Below, one piece after another: positions 1 to 12,271 of a stretch of 64,000 nucleotides of DNA (the stretch's first letter is position 1; every line of letters begins with the position of its first letter). Below the pieces are notes generated by a model. It made no database searches. It worked only from the letters and a program-made list of their open reading frames with translations, and was not told the DNA's origin. The DNA is from the human T2T-CHM13v2.0 reference genome, Homo sapiens. Made by a program: the position numbers and the translations under genes. Location: the NCBI RefSeq assembly GCF_009914755.1, contig NC_060945.1, one strand, 5' to 3'.

Positions 1-250
1 ATGGGAGGTGGATTTTGCTGGTGAGGCTTTAATTTGGTGACCCCTGCTATATTGTAATGTGCCTGCCCAAGACTTCTGCCCATTTTAAAATTAGGTTGTC
101 TTTTTAATTTATTCATACAAGTTCTCTGTAAGTTCTAAATTCCAGTTTTATATTCTTAATCATTTATCATGTTTTGAAAATTAAAAAAAAAAACAGTTAT
201 TATGTTGGACCATTCCTATAGCTTTTGCCCTGTGTTTCTACCATAGTCCC

Positions 251-661
251 CTAAGAGATGAGATCACTCTTGTGAAAAGAGCTTCCTGCTGTTACCCAAG
301 AGAGCTGTCTGCTGCCATCTTTGCCCCAGCATGACAGTGTGGCAGCCCAGCCCAGAGCACTGTGGCTCTGCTTGTAGCCTTGGGGAGTCCCACTGCCTAG
401 ACCAGGCTGGGTGAAAATAGCCTGACTTCTTGGAATGGACACAGTTTTCAAAAGGAGCATAAATTTAGTCTGCCAATTCATGTATATGCCATGATGGTCA
501 AAATTGAGGGATCTGGGCAAAGATTCCTTTTCCATTCTTAGCCAAATGCTTTCTAGGTTGGGCATCAGTTGATGGTGCAATTGAGAGGAAATTGCCCAAT
601 TATTTTGTTGCTTCACTAACAAAATGCTTACTGTCTTTGCATTGTAAAATCTTTTTTTCAT
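251..661 (-). CDS. Putative 136-aa ORF in unique sequence; probably a non-conserved lncRNA ORF (possibly the FLJ45139/LOC400867 ORF, from recollection)
   Basis: ATG-to-TAG single-exon ORF lying outside recognisable repeats. No recognisable domain, weak start context (in-frame TAA immediately before the ATG). Confidence 0.2.
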   Translation of the reverse strand: MKKRFYNAKTVSILLVKQQNNWAISSQLHHQLMPNLESIWLRMEKESLPRSLNFDHHGIYMNWQTKFMLLLKTVSIPRSQAIFTQPGLGSGTPQGYKQSHSALGWAATLSCWGKDGSRQLSWVTAGSSFHKSDLIS

Positions 662-744
662 TTATAAGCTCCCCAAGGGAGCAAAAGCCATGCACAGTGG
701 TGTGCCAGGAGCCCTCATGATTGTTTTGCCTGTTATCTTATTTG

Positions 745-880
745 AGCAAATATTAGTATCTCATTTTGCAGCAAGGAAACTGAGGGTCAGAGTAGTTACA
801 TGAATTGATCGGGATCAAGAGATTAAATAATTGACCAAGCCAGAAATGTTTTACTCCAAAGTCCATGATCTTCCCCATGG
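745..880 (-). mobile_element. MIR SINE
   Basis: ctcattttgcagcaaggaaactgagggtcagag matches the reverse MIR core. Confidence 0.7.
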
Positions 881-909
881 GCCCATACTGTGGTTTCCCT
901 TTCATATAG

Positions 910-1070
910 AGATGGGGCTGGAAGGGCCATTATTGAATATCTGGTCAAGTTCCCTCACTTGATGGATGAACGCTGAGATCTGGAAGGAGTCAACCAACTC
1001 ATCACCCAAGGTTCCCCCAACAAGCTAGCAGCAAAGCTTGGATGAGAACCCAGATTTCTAAGTTCAAAGT
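910..1070 (-). mobile_element. MIR3-like SINE
   Basis: gggctggaaggg...cccaagg...agctagcagcaaagc...gaacccaga pattern. Confidence 0.55.
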
Positions 1071-3508
1071 CTTCCTCACATCTTCCTTTATTTAAATAAT
1101 TTTGACTGTACTACATCAACCATAACACAAGCTATATAAAAACAGCAATTTGTTTTTCTAAGACTATACCTAGTGTCTGTAATAGCATCAAGCAATTGAG
1201 ATGTTCCATTTGTTGAATAAATGGATCGTAAGACAATAAGTAGTAGGTGGTTTGATTACATCCTGCAAAGAAGTTTTGATGCTCTTCCTACTTTTCACTC
1301 CCTCTTAAGTCTTCATTCAAGACAAAGAAGCTCATTGGATGCCCAATATCAGCCAAGACCAAAGGCCAAAAGGAAATGCACAACATCAAGCCTTTTTTTC
1401 TTGTTCAGTAATAAAATCTATAGCAATACTATAATTTGTTTCCTTTACAGATACTTTAATCAAAAAGAAACATATCAAAATATGGTAAATTCTGCTTGTT
1501 CATTCAAGTTATCCAATTGGCTTTAGAATGCCACTTATCCTTACTTTCAATTGTATTCATTTCCAAATATACAGCTTCTTAGAAATGTAGGGACACTATC
1601 CTCAGCCCTTAAATGTGGAATTTATCAACCCCTGTATTGTTTATTTTTGTGCAATTAGCAACATCACTTCTGGGGAAAAAAAAGGACTTTTGGGACTGAT
1701 AAATGTATTTGTGACATTTTCCTCTAAATATCTTGCTTCTTTATGCATCCTCTCATTTTATACTGAGCTTGGTCTAGGGGAAGTTCGGGTAAACAGATCT
1801 CTTATGAGTAATTAGTGTCCAATTAAGCCAAGGTTTCATGTCTGTGTGAGTCCAGCCTCTTTTTCCAACCTCTGGGAAGAATTAAGTAGGTCAGGTCTCT
1901 GTTTACAAAGCAAGCCCCAATGCTGTTGACTATCCAGGGGATTTTACAAGTTATTCCCAGTAGCTGAACCACTAGATAAAGCTACTCAAAAAATTTGTAT
2001 AGGCCTTTGCTGCTGTGCAAGGGGCAACGTTGACCATCCAGTGATCTAGGTCCTTCCTTTCTGCATTTGTCCTGTGGGAGTTTCCACAGACTGTTACATC
2101 ACCAAGAAGCTTCATCCTGAAACAAAAGGAAGGTCACAACCCTGATCTCATGGTCAAAAGATCATGACACTATCCTTCCCATCATAAGCCCTGTTTCAAA
2201 TGACTCAACTTGAACGGCAGCTGCTCTACTGGCAATCTTTTGTGCATGATTTATTTTTTCCAACTTTGTATTCCAAAAATTTTCAAATATACAAAAAAGA
2301 TAAAAGATGAATACGAGGAACATTTGTATACTCACCACTTAGATTCAAAAATCATCGACATTTGGCTGAACCGTTTGAAAGTGAGCTGCACTTTAAATAT
2401 TTTTGCATCTATCGCCTGAGAATAAAAACATTCTCTCTAATACGAAGTAACACTGTAACAAAGAATTATTTAAGTTATCAAAGTAGTCAAAATAAAGTTG
2501 TTCATAATATTTTCTTATTATCCTCTTAAAGTCTGTAGGATCTGTAGTGATGTGTCACTTTCATTCCTGATGCGGGAATTTGTGTCTTCGCTCTTTTTTT
2601 CTGCATAAATCTAATTAGAGGTTTATTAATTTTATTAATTTTTCCCCAAAGAACCTGCTGTGGGTTTCATTTATTTTTTTAGTTTTGGTAAATTTAATTC
2701 ATGTCTGCTTTTATGTTTATTATTTCCCTTTTCCTATTTTTGGATTTAATTTGCTTCTTTCTAGCATCTTGAAGTGGAAGTTTTGATCTGTTTGTAGCCA
2801 TATCTTACCTATTTTAATATGCTGCGTTTTTGTTCTTAGTTAGTTCAAAATATTTTTGATACTCCTTGTTATTTCTGCTTTGACCCATGGGTTATTTAGA
2901 AATATGTTGTTTAATTTCCACATATTTGGGGGCTTTCCAGATTCTTCTGTTGTTGACTTCTTATTAAATTCTATTATAGGCAGAACATAAACTTTTTATG
3001 ATTTCAATCCTTTTAAATTTGTTGAGGCTTGGTCTTTGGCTCAGCACATGGCCTATCTTGGCAAATGTTCCATGTGCACTGGAAAAGAGTGAACATTCTG
3101 TTGCTATTACATGGACATATTTACATCAATTAGTCAAGTTGGTAAATAGTGTTATTCACTATTCAGTAAATAGTGTTGCTGAGTTTCTGTTTACTTCTTC
3201 TGTAAGTTATTAGGAAAAGAATGCAGAAATTTCCAACTATGATTGTTGATTTACCCATTCTTCCCAGTTTATCAGTTTTTGCTTCATTTATTGTGTGCAT
3301 ACACATTTAAGATTGTTATATCTTTGTGATGCATTGACCCTTTGTCAGTATAAAACGTCCTTCTTCATCCCTGCTAATAATCATTTTTCTGATTTCTGTT
3401 TTCTCTGATGTTAATACAGCCAGTCTTACTTTATTTTTATTATTTGCATGAAATATCTATTTCTATCTTTTACCTATTTTTGTTATCACATGTGAAGTGA
3501 ATTTCTTG

Positions 3509-3942
3509 GATAAAGAAAATGTGGTACATATACATCATGGAATACCATGCAGCCATAAAAAAAGAATGAAATAATGATCTTTGCAGCAACATGGATGCAG
3601 CTGGAAGCCATTATTATAAGCAAATTAATTCAGAAACAGAAAATAAATATTGCATATTCTCACTTATAAGTGGGAGCTAAACCTCAGATACATGTGAACA
3701 TAAAGATGGGAACAAGAGATACTGGGAACTCCAAAAGGAGGGAAGACAGGAAGGTGGCAAGGGCTGAAAAACTTTTTATTGATACTATGTTCACTATCTG
3801 GATGATGGGATCAATAGAAGCCTAAGCCTCAGCATCACACGATATAACTAATCTTGCAATAAACCTGCGACAAACCTTGTAACAAACACATACCACTCGA
3901 ATCTAAAATTTAAATTTAAAAATTTAAATAATAACAATAATT
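3509..3942 (+). mobile_element. L1PA15-16/L1PB-like 3' end
   Basis: taaagaaaatgtggtacata...ttctcacttataagtgggagctaaac, A-rich tail, degenerate TSD aatttcttg/agtttcttg. Confidence 0.9.
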
Positions 3943-4414
3943 AAGTTTCTTGCAGCTCGCACACAGTTTTGTCTTTCATTTTTAACAAGCTCTGTCTTTT
4001 GATTGGGGTGACATGTTATGTAATTATCAACATGGTTGAATTTAAATCTACCATCTCCCTTTTTTTTCTATTCGTCTCATCCCTTTTTTATTTCTTTTCC
4101 CCTAAATTTCCACTTTCTTTTGGAATATATTTTTTCTACTCTATTTATAGACACTATTGGCTGATAAGCTATAGTCTTTTATTATTTTAAGTAGTTCTTC
4201 TAAGATTTACAATATTCAAATTTAACTTTTCACAGTCCATATAGATATAATATTATGCTACTTCATGTATAATCCTTAGGACATTATATTTCTATTTTTG
4301 CCTGCTATCTTTGTGCTATTATTGTCGTACACTTTATTTCTCACCTTATTTTAACTGCAAAATACATTTCTACTCTTTTTGCCTTAAATATTACATTATT
4401 TAAGGCAAATAATG

Positions 4415-4725
4415 GGCCAGGCATGGTGGCTCATGCCTGTAACCCCAGCACTTTGGGAGGCTATGTGGGCAGATCTCTTGAGATCAGGAGTTTGAGACCA
4501 GCCTGGCCAACATAGTGAAACCCCAACTCTACTAAAAATACAAAACTTAGCCTGGCATGGTGGCACATGCCTGTGGTCCCAGATCTCCAGAGGCTGAGGC
4601 AGGAGAACCACTTGAACTCAGGAGGCAGAGGCTGCAGTGAGCTGAGATCACATCACTGCACTCCAGCCTGGGTGACAGAGCAAGACTCTGTCTCAAAAAA
4701 AAAAAAAAAGAAAAAAGAAAAAAAA
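4415..4725 (+). mobile_element. Alu (AluS/J)
   Basis: Full dimer GGCCAGGCATGGTGGCTCA through the poly(A) tail. Confidence 0.97.
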
Positions 4726-5466
4726 TTAAATTATCTTTTAACAAAATGTTTAAATGAGGCAAAAAACCCTTTATATTTACTCAAATATTTATCAATATCA
4801 GCCCTTTCCATTCTTGTGTATACATCCAAGTTTCTATGTGATCGTAGGTTTTATATTCCCATGATTTAAAGGACTTGATTTAAATTTATTGTAGTGTAGG
4901 TCTGCTGGAAGTGAATTCTTGTAGCTTGTATTTGTCTGAAAAATATTTTATGTGACTTCCATTTTCAAAGAATTATTTTTCATGAATATATAATTATAGG
5001 TTAACAGGATTTATTGTCTATCTATCTATTGCTCTTTAAAGTTTTCTGGTCTGCATAGCTTCTGACAAGAAGTCTGCAGTCATTCTTACTGTTCCTCTGT
5101 ACATATATCTATTTTCCCTCTCTGCTTTTAAGAATATTTCTACCACTTGTTTTTAGCTATTTATTATAATGCTTTATTATGGGGTGTGTGGTTGGGGGGT
5201 GTATGTGTGTATTTATTCTATTTTGGGTTTGTTGTGCTTCTTGGATCTCTAGCTCTGTAATTTTCATCCAATTTGGAGACATTTCAGACATTATTTCTTC
5301 AAATGTTTTGTCTTTTCTCTTTGAGGAATTTCAGTTACCATTACATTAGATGACTTTATATTTTTCCACAGATCTCTGTAGCTCCATACAATTTTTCTTA
5401 GTCATTTTTCTCTCTAGGCTTCATTTTGGATAAATCCCATTGCTATATCTACAAGTTCATTGATCT

Positions 5467-6065
5467 TAAAGGAAACCAGAATATTTCACCCCAAAATGTG
5501 GCTGAGCTAAAGAAGCAGTCTCAAGGTCTCTTTGATCCCTTCTCCTATCTCTCAATCCTCTGTCTCTCCCAAAGCACAGGATGAAGCTGCTCTCCAAAGT
5601 TCCCTTATCTACCTAGAAACTGGACCTACCAAAGAGGAACACACTTTTCTTCCCTAAAATTTCATTAACCAGAGAAGATTAAAACTCATATCAAAAGGAA
5701 GAGACTGAAAATTAAACACCAGATGAACTCATCCCAAACCGTTGTCTGCTGTCTGTCCTCTCCAATTTCCAAAGACTATTATTTACTAGCCATTGTCTGA
5801 GTATGAGGCCCATTCATTTTGCCCCTGAAAATCACTTACTATCCCTCAAACCATCCACATTTCCCCCATCTTCCCTTCTGCTATGAAGAAGAGTATATAC
5901 GCATCCATACCCCATTGGGTAGTCATTTTCCTGCAATTCCCCTGTGCTATGCACATTAAAATAAAGTTTGTATGCCTTTTTTCTCTTATGAGTCTGCTTT
6001 TCTCTGTTGATTTTCAGCAAACAGTCAGAGGATGAAGAGGGAAATGTTCCCCCTTTACTCTTATA
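5467..6065 (+). repeat. 5' LTR of the provirus
   Basis: Homologous to 11722-12271; AATAAA near 5960; followed directly by the PBS. Confidence 0.9.
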
Positions 6066-6069
6066 TATT

Positions 6070-6087
6070 TGGTGCTGTGAGCAGCAT
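6070..6087 (+). other. Primer-binding site complementary to tRNA-Ser(CGA)
   Basis: TGGTGCTGTGAGCAGCAT vs TGGCGCTGTGAGCAGGAT expected from the tRNA-Ser(CGA) 3' end: 16/18, one difference being CpG decay. Confidence 0.75.
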
Positions 6088-6170
6088 ATCCAAAACTGCT
6101 CTGCTTTTCTGGAAGCCACAACCAAAGGAACTCAGGACCTGAGAGGCCAATATAAGAGTAAGAAACTGTT

Positions 6171-6238
6171 ACCAGACTCCTAGTCTCTCTCTGTGGAATC
6201 TGGTACCAGACTCCCAGTCTCTCTCTGTGGAATCTGGT
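6171..6238. repeat. 34-bp tandem duplication in the ERV leader
   Basis: accagactcc(t/c)agtctctctctgtggaatctggt present twice with 1 mismatch. Confidence 0.95.
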
Positions 6239-7418
6239 TGAGCAGATGGTAAAAATTACTTTTTGTCTATTTTTCCTTTTTACATTTAAGATTAATGGGA
6301 GAAAAGCATTTGTATGACTATTGTTAGGTGCGGTGACTCTGGTGTATTTTTGGTATGAATATTCATATTGTCTGATCCATTTATGCCCAGAAATAGTCTT
6401 TGCTTTTTGTTTATCTTTGTCTCCCTGTGTCATTTTGTCATAAACAGGGGTACCATAGGGTAGAACATAGGCCTAAAACATAAGCCTGTTGTTCAAGCCA
6501 GCTTCCACAGACCGGTGAGTTTTATAGTTCTCAGCAGACCTCCAGCACCTATTTAGAAAAATTGTGCTGCGGGTCTCCAAAATGAAAACAGAATGAGGTT
6601 GCCCTCTCCTTTTGTTTTATGTCCTTGAAAGCTTTCTTTGTGACCAAGTGGGAGCATTTCTCTTTTTGGTCTCTGCTATCCAGGGTGTGTGATTTTCAGA
6701 TCATGTGTGGTGGCCAGTCTGAAAGGACTGGGACACCCAAGATGCATAAAATTTTAAGCAGCGTGCTCTGTTGCTAACATGCTAGGCTCTCAGGATGGTT
6801 TGTCTTAATAAGGAGCCTCATCCACAAGGGGCTTTGTTGTCTCAATCTTTGTTGCCTGGTTAGTGCTGGGCAAATCCAATCCCAGAAGTTGGTGGATCTA
6901 TAACTGATGGTACAGCCGAGTGTCCATGTGTCCATGTACTTGTGTGGAGAACAGAGACATCATTCACACAAATACCATCCTTAATCACCTGTGGCAACAA
7001 AGATCTTTTGCTATCTTAGCCTATTTCTGGGAGTGAATTTTTGGGGATCATGGAGGCTGCATCTTCTATGCCTCCTGATCTTCCCATAAAGAGGCTTATT
7101 AGATTGAGTTGCTATTAAAATAAGTACACCATTGGAAAGTCTAATCATCAATGGCCAGATAATAGTTTTTTGAATTAGAAAGACTTATATATTTGAAAAC
7201 AAAATTTGAAGATCTCTTGCCCTAAGCAGTTGCCTTATTTGTATTGATGAGAGAACCAAATTAAAAGAAAGACATGTAATATTGGGATGGCTAGTCTTAA
7301 AAATTATTCTGACAAAATTAAAAAGCAAAAATTTGACCTAAAACAAAAGTTAAAATTCTTTGAACACTCAAACTGCCAACTTTGAATTTCCAGGGGAATT
7401 TGTAAAAAAGTCACTCCA

Positions 7419-7494
7419 GCCTATGGTCTGGTATTTAAGATTCTGTGCATTTACCACTGTGGTCTGGGTTTGATTTAGTTCTCTGGTCAGGGAA
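7419..7494 (+). pseudogene. Decayed tRNA-Glu-derived sequence inside the ERV internal region
   Basis: tggtctggtatttaagattctgtgcatttaccactgtggtctgggtttgatt...ggtcagggaa aligns to tRNA-Glu (TGGTCTAGTGGTTAGGATTCGGCGCTCTCACCGCCGCGGCCCGGGTTCGATTCCCGGTCAGGGAA); many differences are CpG transitions. Confidence 0.75.
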
Positions 7495-9550
7495 TCGGCC
7501 CCTTGAAAATGTAAATCCTTTAATTCAGAAGGAAACATTTATAAAAACTAGTTTGAATTATTCGTTTTGAATTTATATTTGTATGACTCAACATTTGAGG
7601 TACCCATTTGTTTGTATTCTTTCTTCTCATATAGACAACTTTTCATTTTCTGTTGTCTAACTAACTGTCGCTTTTAATTTTCCATCTATGGGGCACACAG
7701 ATTGCTGGGCCATTGTGTGTAGATGGACAGCTGAGAAGTTTGGTCTCTAGAAAATATGACCAGACAGAGATGTGGGCTGTACTTCATTTGTGACTGGTGA
7801 CACTTTCCTTGCTTTAAGCTGTCACTGGGAGGGGTCTAGATCTTGGAAGGGTTGCAACTTTTGCTTCTCTTTTGGAGACTTGGGTTAAACCCATAAAGGG
7901 CTTCTTGGTTTTATTCTCATGTATGCTTATTTGTTTTGGTTTTGAGTAATTCACTTAGGAATACTTCTGGTTTAAAACTCTATTTTTAGAATGTGATAGC
8001 AAGTTTTTTTTCTGTTTATCTTGCATCCTCTACTGGATCAGAGAGATGTATCTCCCACCACCACTGGGAACCAAAGACCTTCTTAGGTGGCAAAAGAGAG
8101 GTGCTGCTCCCACCACCACTGCCAATGCTCCCCTCCTCAGTCTCTCAGCTCTCACAAAAGGCTGGCTGCTCACATAACAGAAAATTTGCTGCTTGTATTT
8201 TTTTTTTTTTAATTTTACAGAGCTCTATGGTCGAAAGTCAGTTTAATTAAAAGCTAATCTTCTCTCTTCTCTTTTAAATTCTATCTCTCCTATGGAAACT
8301 TCTTAGTCAACAAGACCCCTCTTTTTTGAACCCCTGCTAACTAAAACTTCATTGACCTTTTGGGAAACTTAAGATTCTCCCAAACTGACTCCCCTAAGAC
8401 TTGGTCCATTTACTTTTTCTCCTCTTTCCTTTTGGCACCTTCAATCTTTCATCCAGTTAATCCCCTCCCTCCTTCATTTGGTAATCAGTTGATAAAAATT
8501 ACTAAAAGGAAGCAACAGCACTCTGGCCACCACAAAGATCTAAAGGAAACTTTCAGCAATGCTGAGAACCCGAGCAGAACACAGAAAAGGCACTATTGAC
8601 CCTCTCTTTTGGGGTCCTCTGTCTTCCTCATGAGCCTCAAAAGTCATAATCAGCTTCTTCTCAGATCTAAAGGTCTGCTCTCTTTTGCACTGAATTCCTG
8701 GATCTCTTTGGTTTTTAGATACATATCATGTATGCATGTGGTGGTGTATGTTGTGTCGACATGTATGTAGATTATTATACCTGTGTTTCTATATTGTCTA
8801 CATAATACCAAATTGATCTTAAAATAAACACTCTTGAATTAAGTAGATAAGCTTAAATGCTATTCAAGTTTACATGACTGTAATAAATCTTTGGTAAATA
8901 AAGCTAATTTTTAAATTGTTGGTAAAATAAAATGAAAATGCCTTCAGAATTGTCATTATTAATGCGACGTTTTTGCCTGGGTCTACTGGTCAGACAGATT
9001 TATGCTGTCTCTTATAGACATTTTAAGGTTACAAAATTGTTGCTTCTGTGATATTTTTAATACTTGCTTGATTTGTCTGTGAGCTAAAACTGTGCTGTGG
9101 GCTGGCTGCTGGGTTTCCCCCAACCTTACATACATCTTACTGTGAGCTTATATCTTTGGTTTTGAGCTTCTGGATTCTGGGCTCTGGACAGGTGGCTATG
9201 GTGAGGCCTGGGGACACGTGGGTCTACAGTGCCTAAGCCACCAGCTGCAGGGCAGAGCCAAGCCCAATACGGCCCCGTCTTCCCTGGCCCAGCTATACCT
9301 CCTGGCCATGCTCAGTGGGGTTGGATCCTCTAGACATTTTCTTCAAAAGTCTATCCTCTGTCCTGGGCTCTACATCTGATATGTAACTCTAGGACCCAGA
9401 TGGGCCCTGCCCTTCAGAGCTTTCCTGGATACCCAGGATGGCTGTGGGAGGGACATTGCGGGGGGTGTCTGTGCCCAGTATCTCAAAGGCCTTGGTAGGA
9501 TAAACTGCTTGCTGACACAGGATTAGCCTCGTGTTGCCTTTTAAAAAATA

Positions 9551-9900
9551 GACCAGACATAGTGACTCACACCTGTAATCCCAAGACTTTGAGAGGCCAA
9601 GGCAGGAGGATCCTTTGAGCCCAGGAGTTCAAGATCATTCCTGGACAACATGGTGAGACACCATCTCTACAGAAAATTTAAAAATTAGCTGAGTAAGGAA
9701 AAAGAAAAATATTAGCTGAATGTGATGGTGTGTACCTGTAGTCCCAGCTACTTGGGATGCTGAGGTGGAAAGATCACTTCACCCTTGGAATCAAGGCTGC
9801 AGTGAGCCATGATCATGCCACTGCACACCCGTCTGGGTGACAGAGTGAGACCCTGTCTGAAAAAAATGAAATAAAATAAATAATAAATTAAAATTAAAAA
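9551..9900 (+). mobile_element. AluJ inserted in the provirus
   Basis: Diverged Alu dimer with J-type features (gcccaggagttcaag, caaggctgcagtgagccatgatc) and an A-rich tail. Confidence 0.92.
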
Positions 9901-11721
9901 TCACTTAAATGGCTAGCTTTATTTTCTATGAGCAATTCAAATATAATTGTTAAGAATGAGTAAATCAGGTAAATGTAAATGCAATAAACAAGAATAAAAG
10001 TTGTCATCATTTCAAAAACCTTTTTAGTAAGTTAAAAGGTTTTTAGAAAACTTTGAGAACATACCATTCATTGGACTGGTTAAAATTCCAGAACTCTAAT
10101 GAAAAAAAAATTGACTCATAAAATTGCTAACCTAATGTCAAGCAGAACAAGAATTAATTACATAGAGCTGAAATGGTGAAGGACTGAAATAATTTTTTAT
10201 GATTCTTTTGTTTGAAACATTGCTTATCCTTTTCAAGTTTTATTTTTGAGAGTTAAGAAAACTGTTTTCTCTTAAGCTATCTATAGCTTTACAGTAAAAG
10301 CTATAGACAAAGTATATTTCTGTGAAAAAAGTTGAAACATTTACCTTTCTCTCTACCTGATCCCTTCAGAATTCAGAAATTCTTCATGAGTATTCTTACT
10401 TTATGGCTTTACAATTATTTCATAAGTTCAGTAAGAACTCATTCTCTTTTATAACAAGACACAACTGGAAACACTGGTTATTTTACCAAGGCTCTGACTG
10501 AAATACAATATTTTTAGATATGATCAGATTGCTTTGAGGACTGAAGTTGACTTTTGTGGAGCCGATAAAATGTCCCTTGGAGAGACTGGCCTTGTACCTT
10601 GTCTACATGATTCCCTTACAAGCTTCCTGATTTTGTGGTGAGTAATGAATGTCACCTTATGACAGGCCCATGAACCTCAAGTTATTTGAGGGACCTTGAG
10701 AAAAGAGGTATTCATCCATTTATACAGGTATTACAGACACAGTCTGAGACTGAGTCAGATTTTTGGCTTGACTTCTTAACATAGCTAGGAAGCCAAGGGG
10801 CTTTTTAAAAAGTCTAATCTGAGATTCTTTATGAAAATATTCCAGCAAAGCCAACTTAGAACAAGCCTATAGGGTCATTCATCATTCTTACTAAACTTTT
10901 GTAAATAATCAGGTCAAAGACTAAACTTAAACAAAACAGTCTGTCTATGATTATCTTTGGTTGAAATGGGAGGATTCGAGAGAAAAAATTATGTCATAGA
11001 AAAAAACTTCACATATGCCTGTTATTACATTCTAGCCTTGTCCATTTGTTTCTGAGCTTTGTATCTGGACTGAATCACACATTTTTATTTTCCTCCAATA
11101 TATGGCTGAGACACTCAGACTAATGTTTCCAATTTTTCTTCCACCCTTCTGACTTAGAATTATTAGAAACTAAAACTGCCTTTTTCCTGAGGCTGAAGCT
11201 AGTCAACTTGGCTTTGAAGGAATATTATTGCAACAGCTTATATTTGGACAAAACTTTCTACACGCAAAATGCAGGCTACAAAAATCTGTCAGATTGCCAC
11301 TAATCTTCTCAACTGACTGTCCTCCAGACTCTAAAGAAACTAGTTTATAAATTATTTCACCCATTAACATTTGTTTTTTGTTTCTGTTTCCATAAAAGCC
11401 CTCTTATTAAAGCTCTATTTGCCTACATCATATATAGAGGCCTAGCTTTGAGAATCTATCTACAATGCCATCTTTTAAAATGAAACACACTTGTTTAATT
11501 GGACTGGCCAATTTCCAGAAATAAGAGACTAGTTTAATTGGATTTTTGAAAGTGCTTAGATTTGTTCTTTCTTTATGTATTCATTCTCATCATAATCTAT
11601 GTTCTTTTCTCCCTTTACAGATCGCTTGCCACTGGATTACTAATCTGATTTCTCTCTCCATAGCTACCAATCCTACTTTAATATGTGAAACCTTTTGAAA
11701 ATAAAGCTTCAAACAGGAGAC

Positions 11722-12271
11722 TAAAAAATCAATATTTCACCCCAAAATATTGCTGATCTAAAGAAGCAGCTCAAGTTCTAACTCCTTCCCCCATCTCCCA
11801 GTCCTCTGTCCTCCCCAAAGCATAGGATAAAGCTGTTCTCTAAAATTCCCTCATCTATCTAGAAACTGGACCTACCAAAGAGGAACACAATTGCCTGCCT
11901 CGAAATTTTATTAACCAGAGAAGACTAAAATTCATATCACAGAGGAAGAATCCCAAACCATTTCTTCTTTCTGCCCCATTCCAATTTCCAAATGGTTAGT
12001 AAATTTCCAATTTACTAACCATTGTCGGACCATTAGGCCCATTTATTTCCACCTAAAAATCATTTATTATCCCTCAGATTGCCACACTTCCCCCATTTTC
12101 CCTTCCCCTGTGAAGAAGGGGCTATAAGTATCTGTACCCCATTGGGTTATTGGGCAATCATTCTCCTGCAACTCCCCTGTGCTATGCACATTAAAATAAA
12201 GTTTGTATGCCTTTTTCTCCTACTAATCTGCCTTTTGTCAGTTGATTTTCAGTGAACTTTCAGTGAACCTG
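11722..12271 (+). repeat. 3' LTR of the provirus (terminal ~40 bp missing)
   Basis: Homology to the 5' LTR ends after gttgattttcagtgaac. Confidence 0.88.

Larger units (their letters stand above)
1..2116 (-). ncRNA. Candidate terminal exon of a minus-strand lncRNA
   Basis: Strong minus-strand acceptor gtgaccttccttttgtttcag|GATG (AG at 2117-2118). The exon would contain the 136-aa ORF. Its 3' end is not defined in the window. Confidence 0.3.
2480..5466 (-). mobile_element. Old L1 (L1M type) fragment, interrupted by younger insertions
   Basis: T-rich antisense L1 sequence, e.g. tttgacccatgggttatttagaaatatgttgtttaatttcca and gcttctgacaagaagtctgcagtcattctta. Confidence 0.85.
5467..12271 (+). 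mobile_element. MER4-group ERV1 provirus (LTR49/MER34/MER39-like LTRs with a non-coding internal region)
   Basis: Direct-repeat LTRs at 5467-6065 and 11722-12271 (shared aatatttcaccccaaaat...agaaactggacctaccaaagaggaacac...gctatgcacattaaaataaagtttgtatgcc). PBS at 6070-6087 and PPT-like ttcaaacaggagac before the 3' LTR. The host L1 resumes at ~12272. Confidence 0.9.

Noticed and set aside
6171-6238. CRISPR-like palindromic repeats
   Set aside because: Only two adjacent units, no spacers, human ERV context, no cas genes.
7419-7494. Functional tRNA gene
   Set aside because: Decayed stems, an insertion after the T-loop and an incomplete acceptor stem; reported as a relic instead.
6066-11721. Possible gag/pol/env genes in the provirus
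   Set aside because: Only short ORFs, none with capsid, RT (YXDD), integrase or env motifs.
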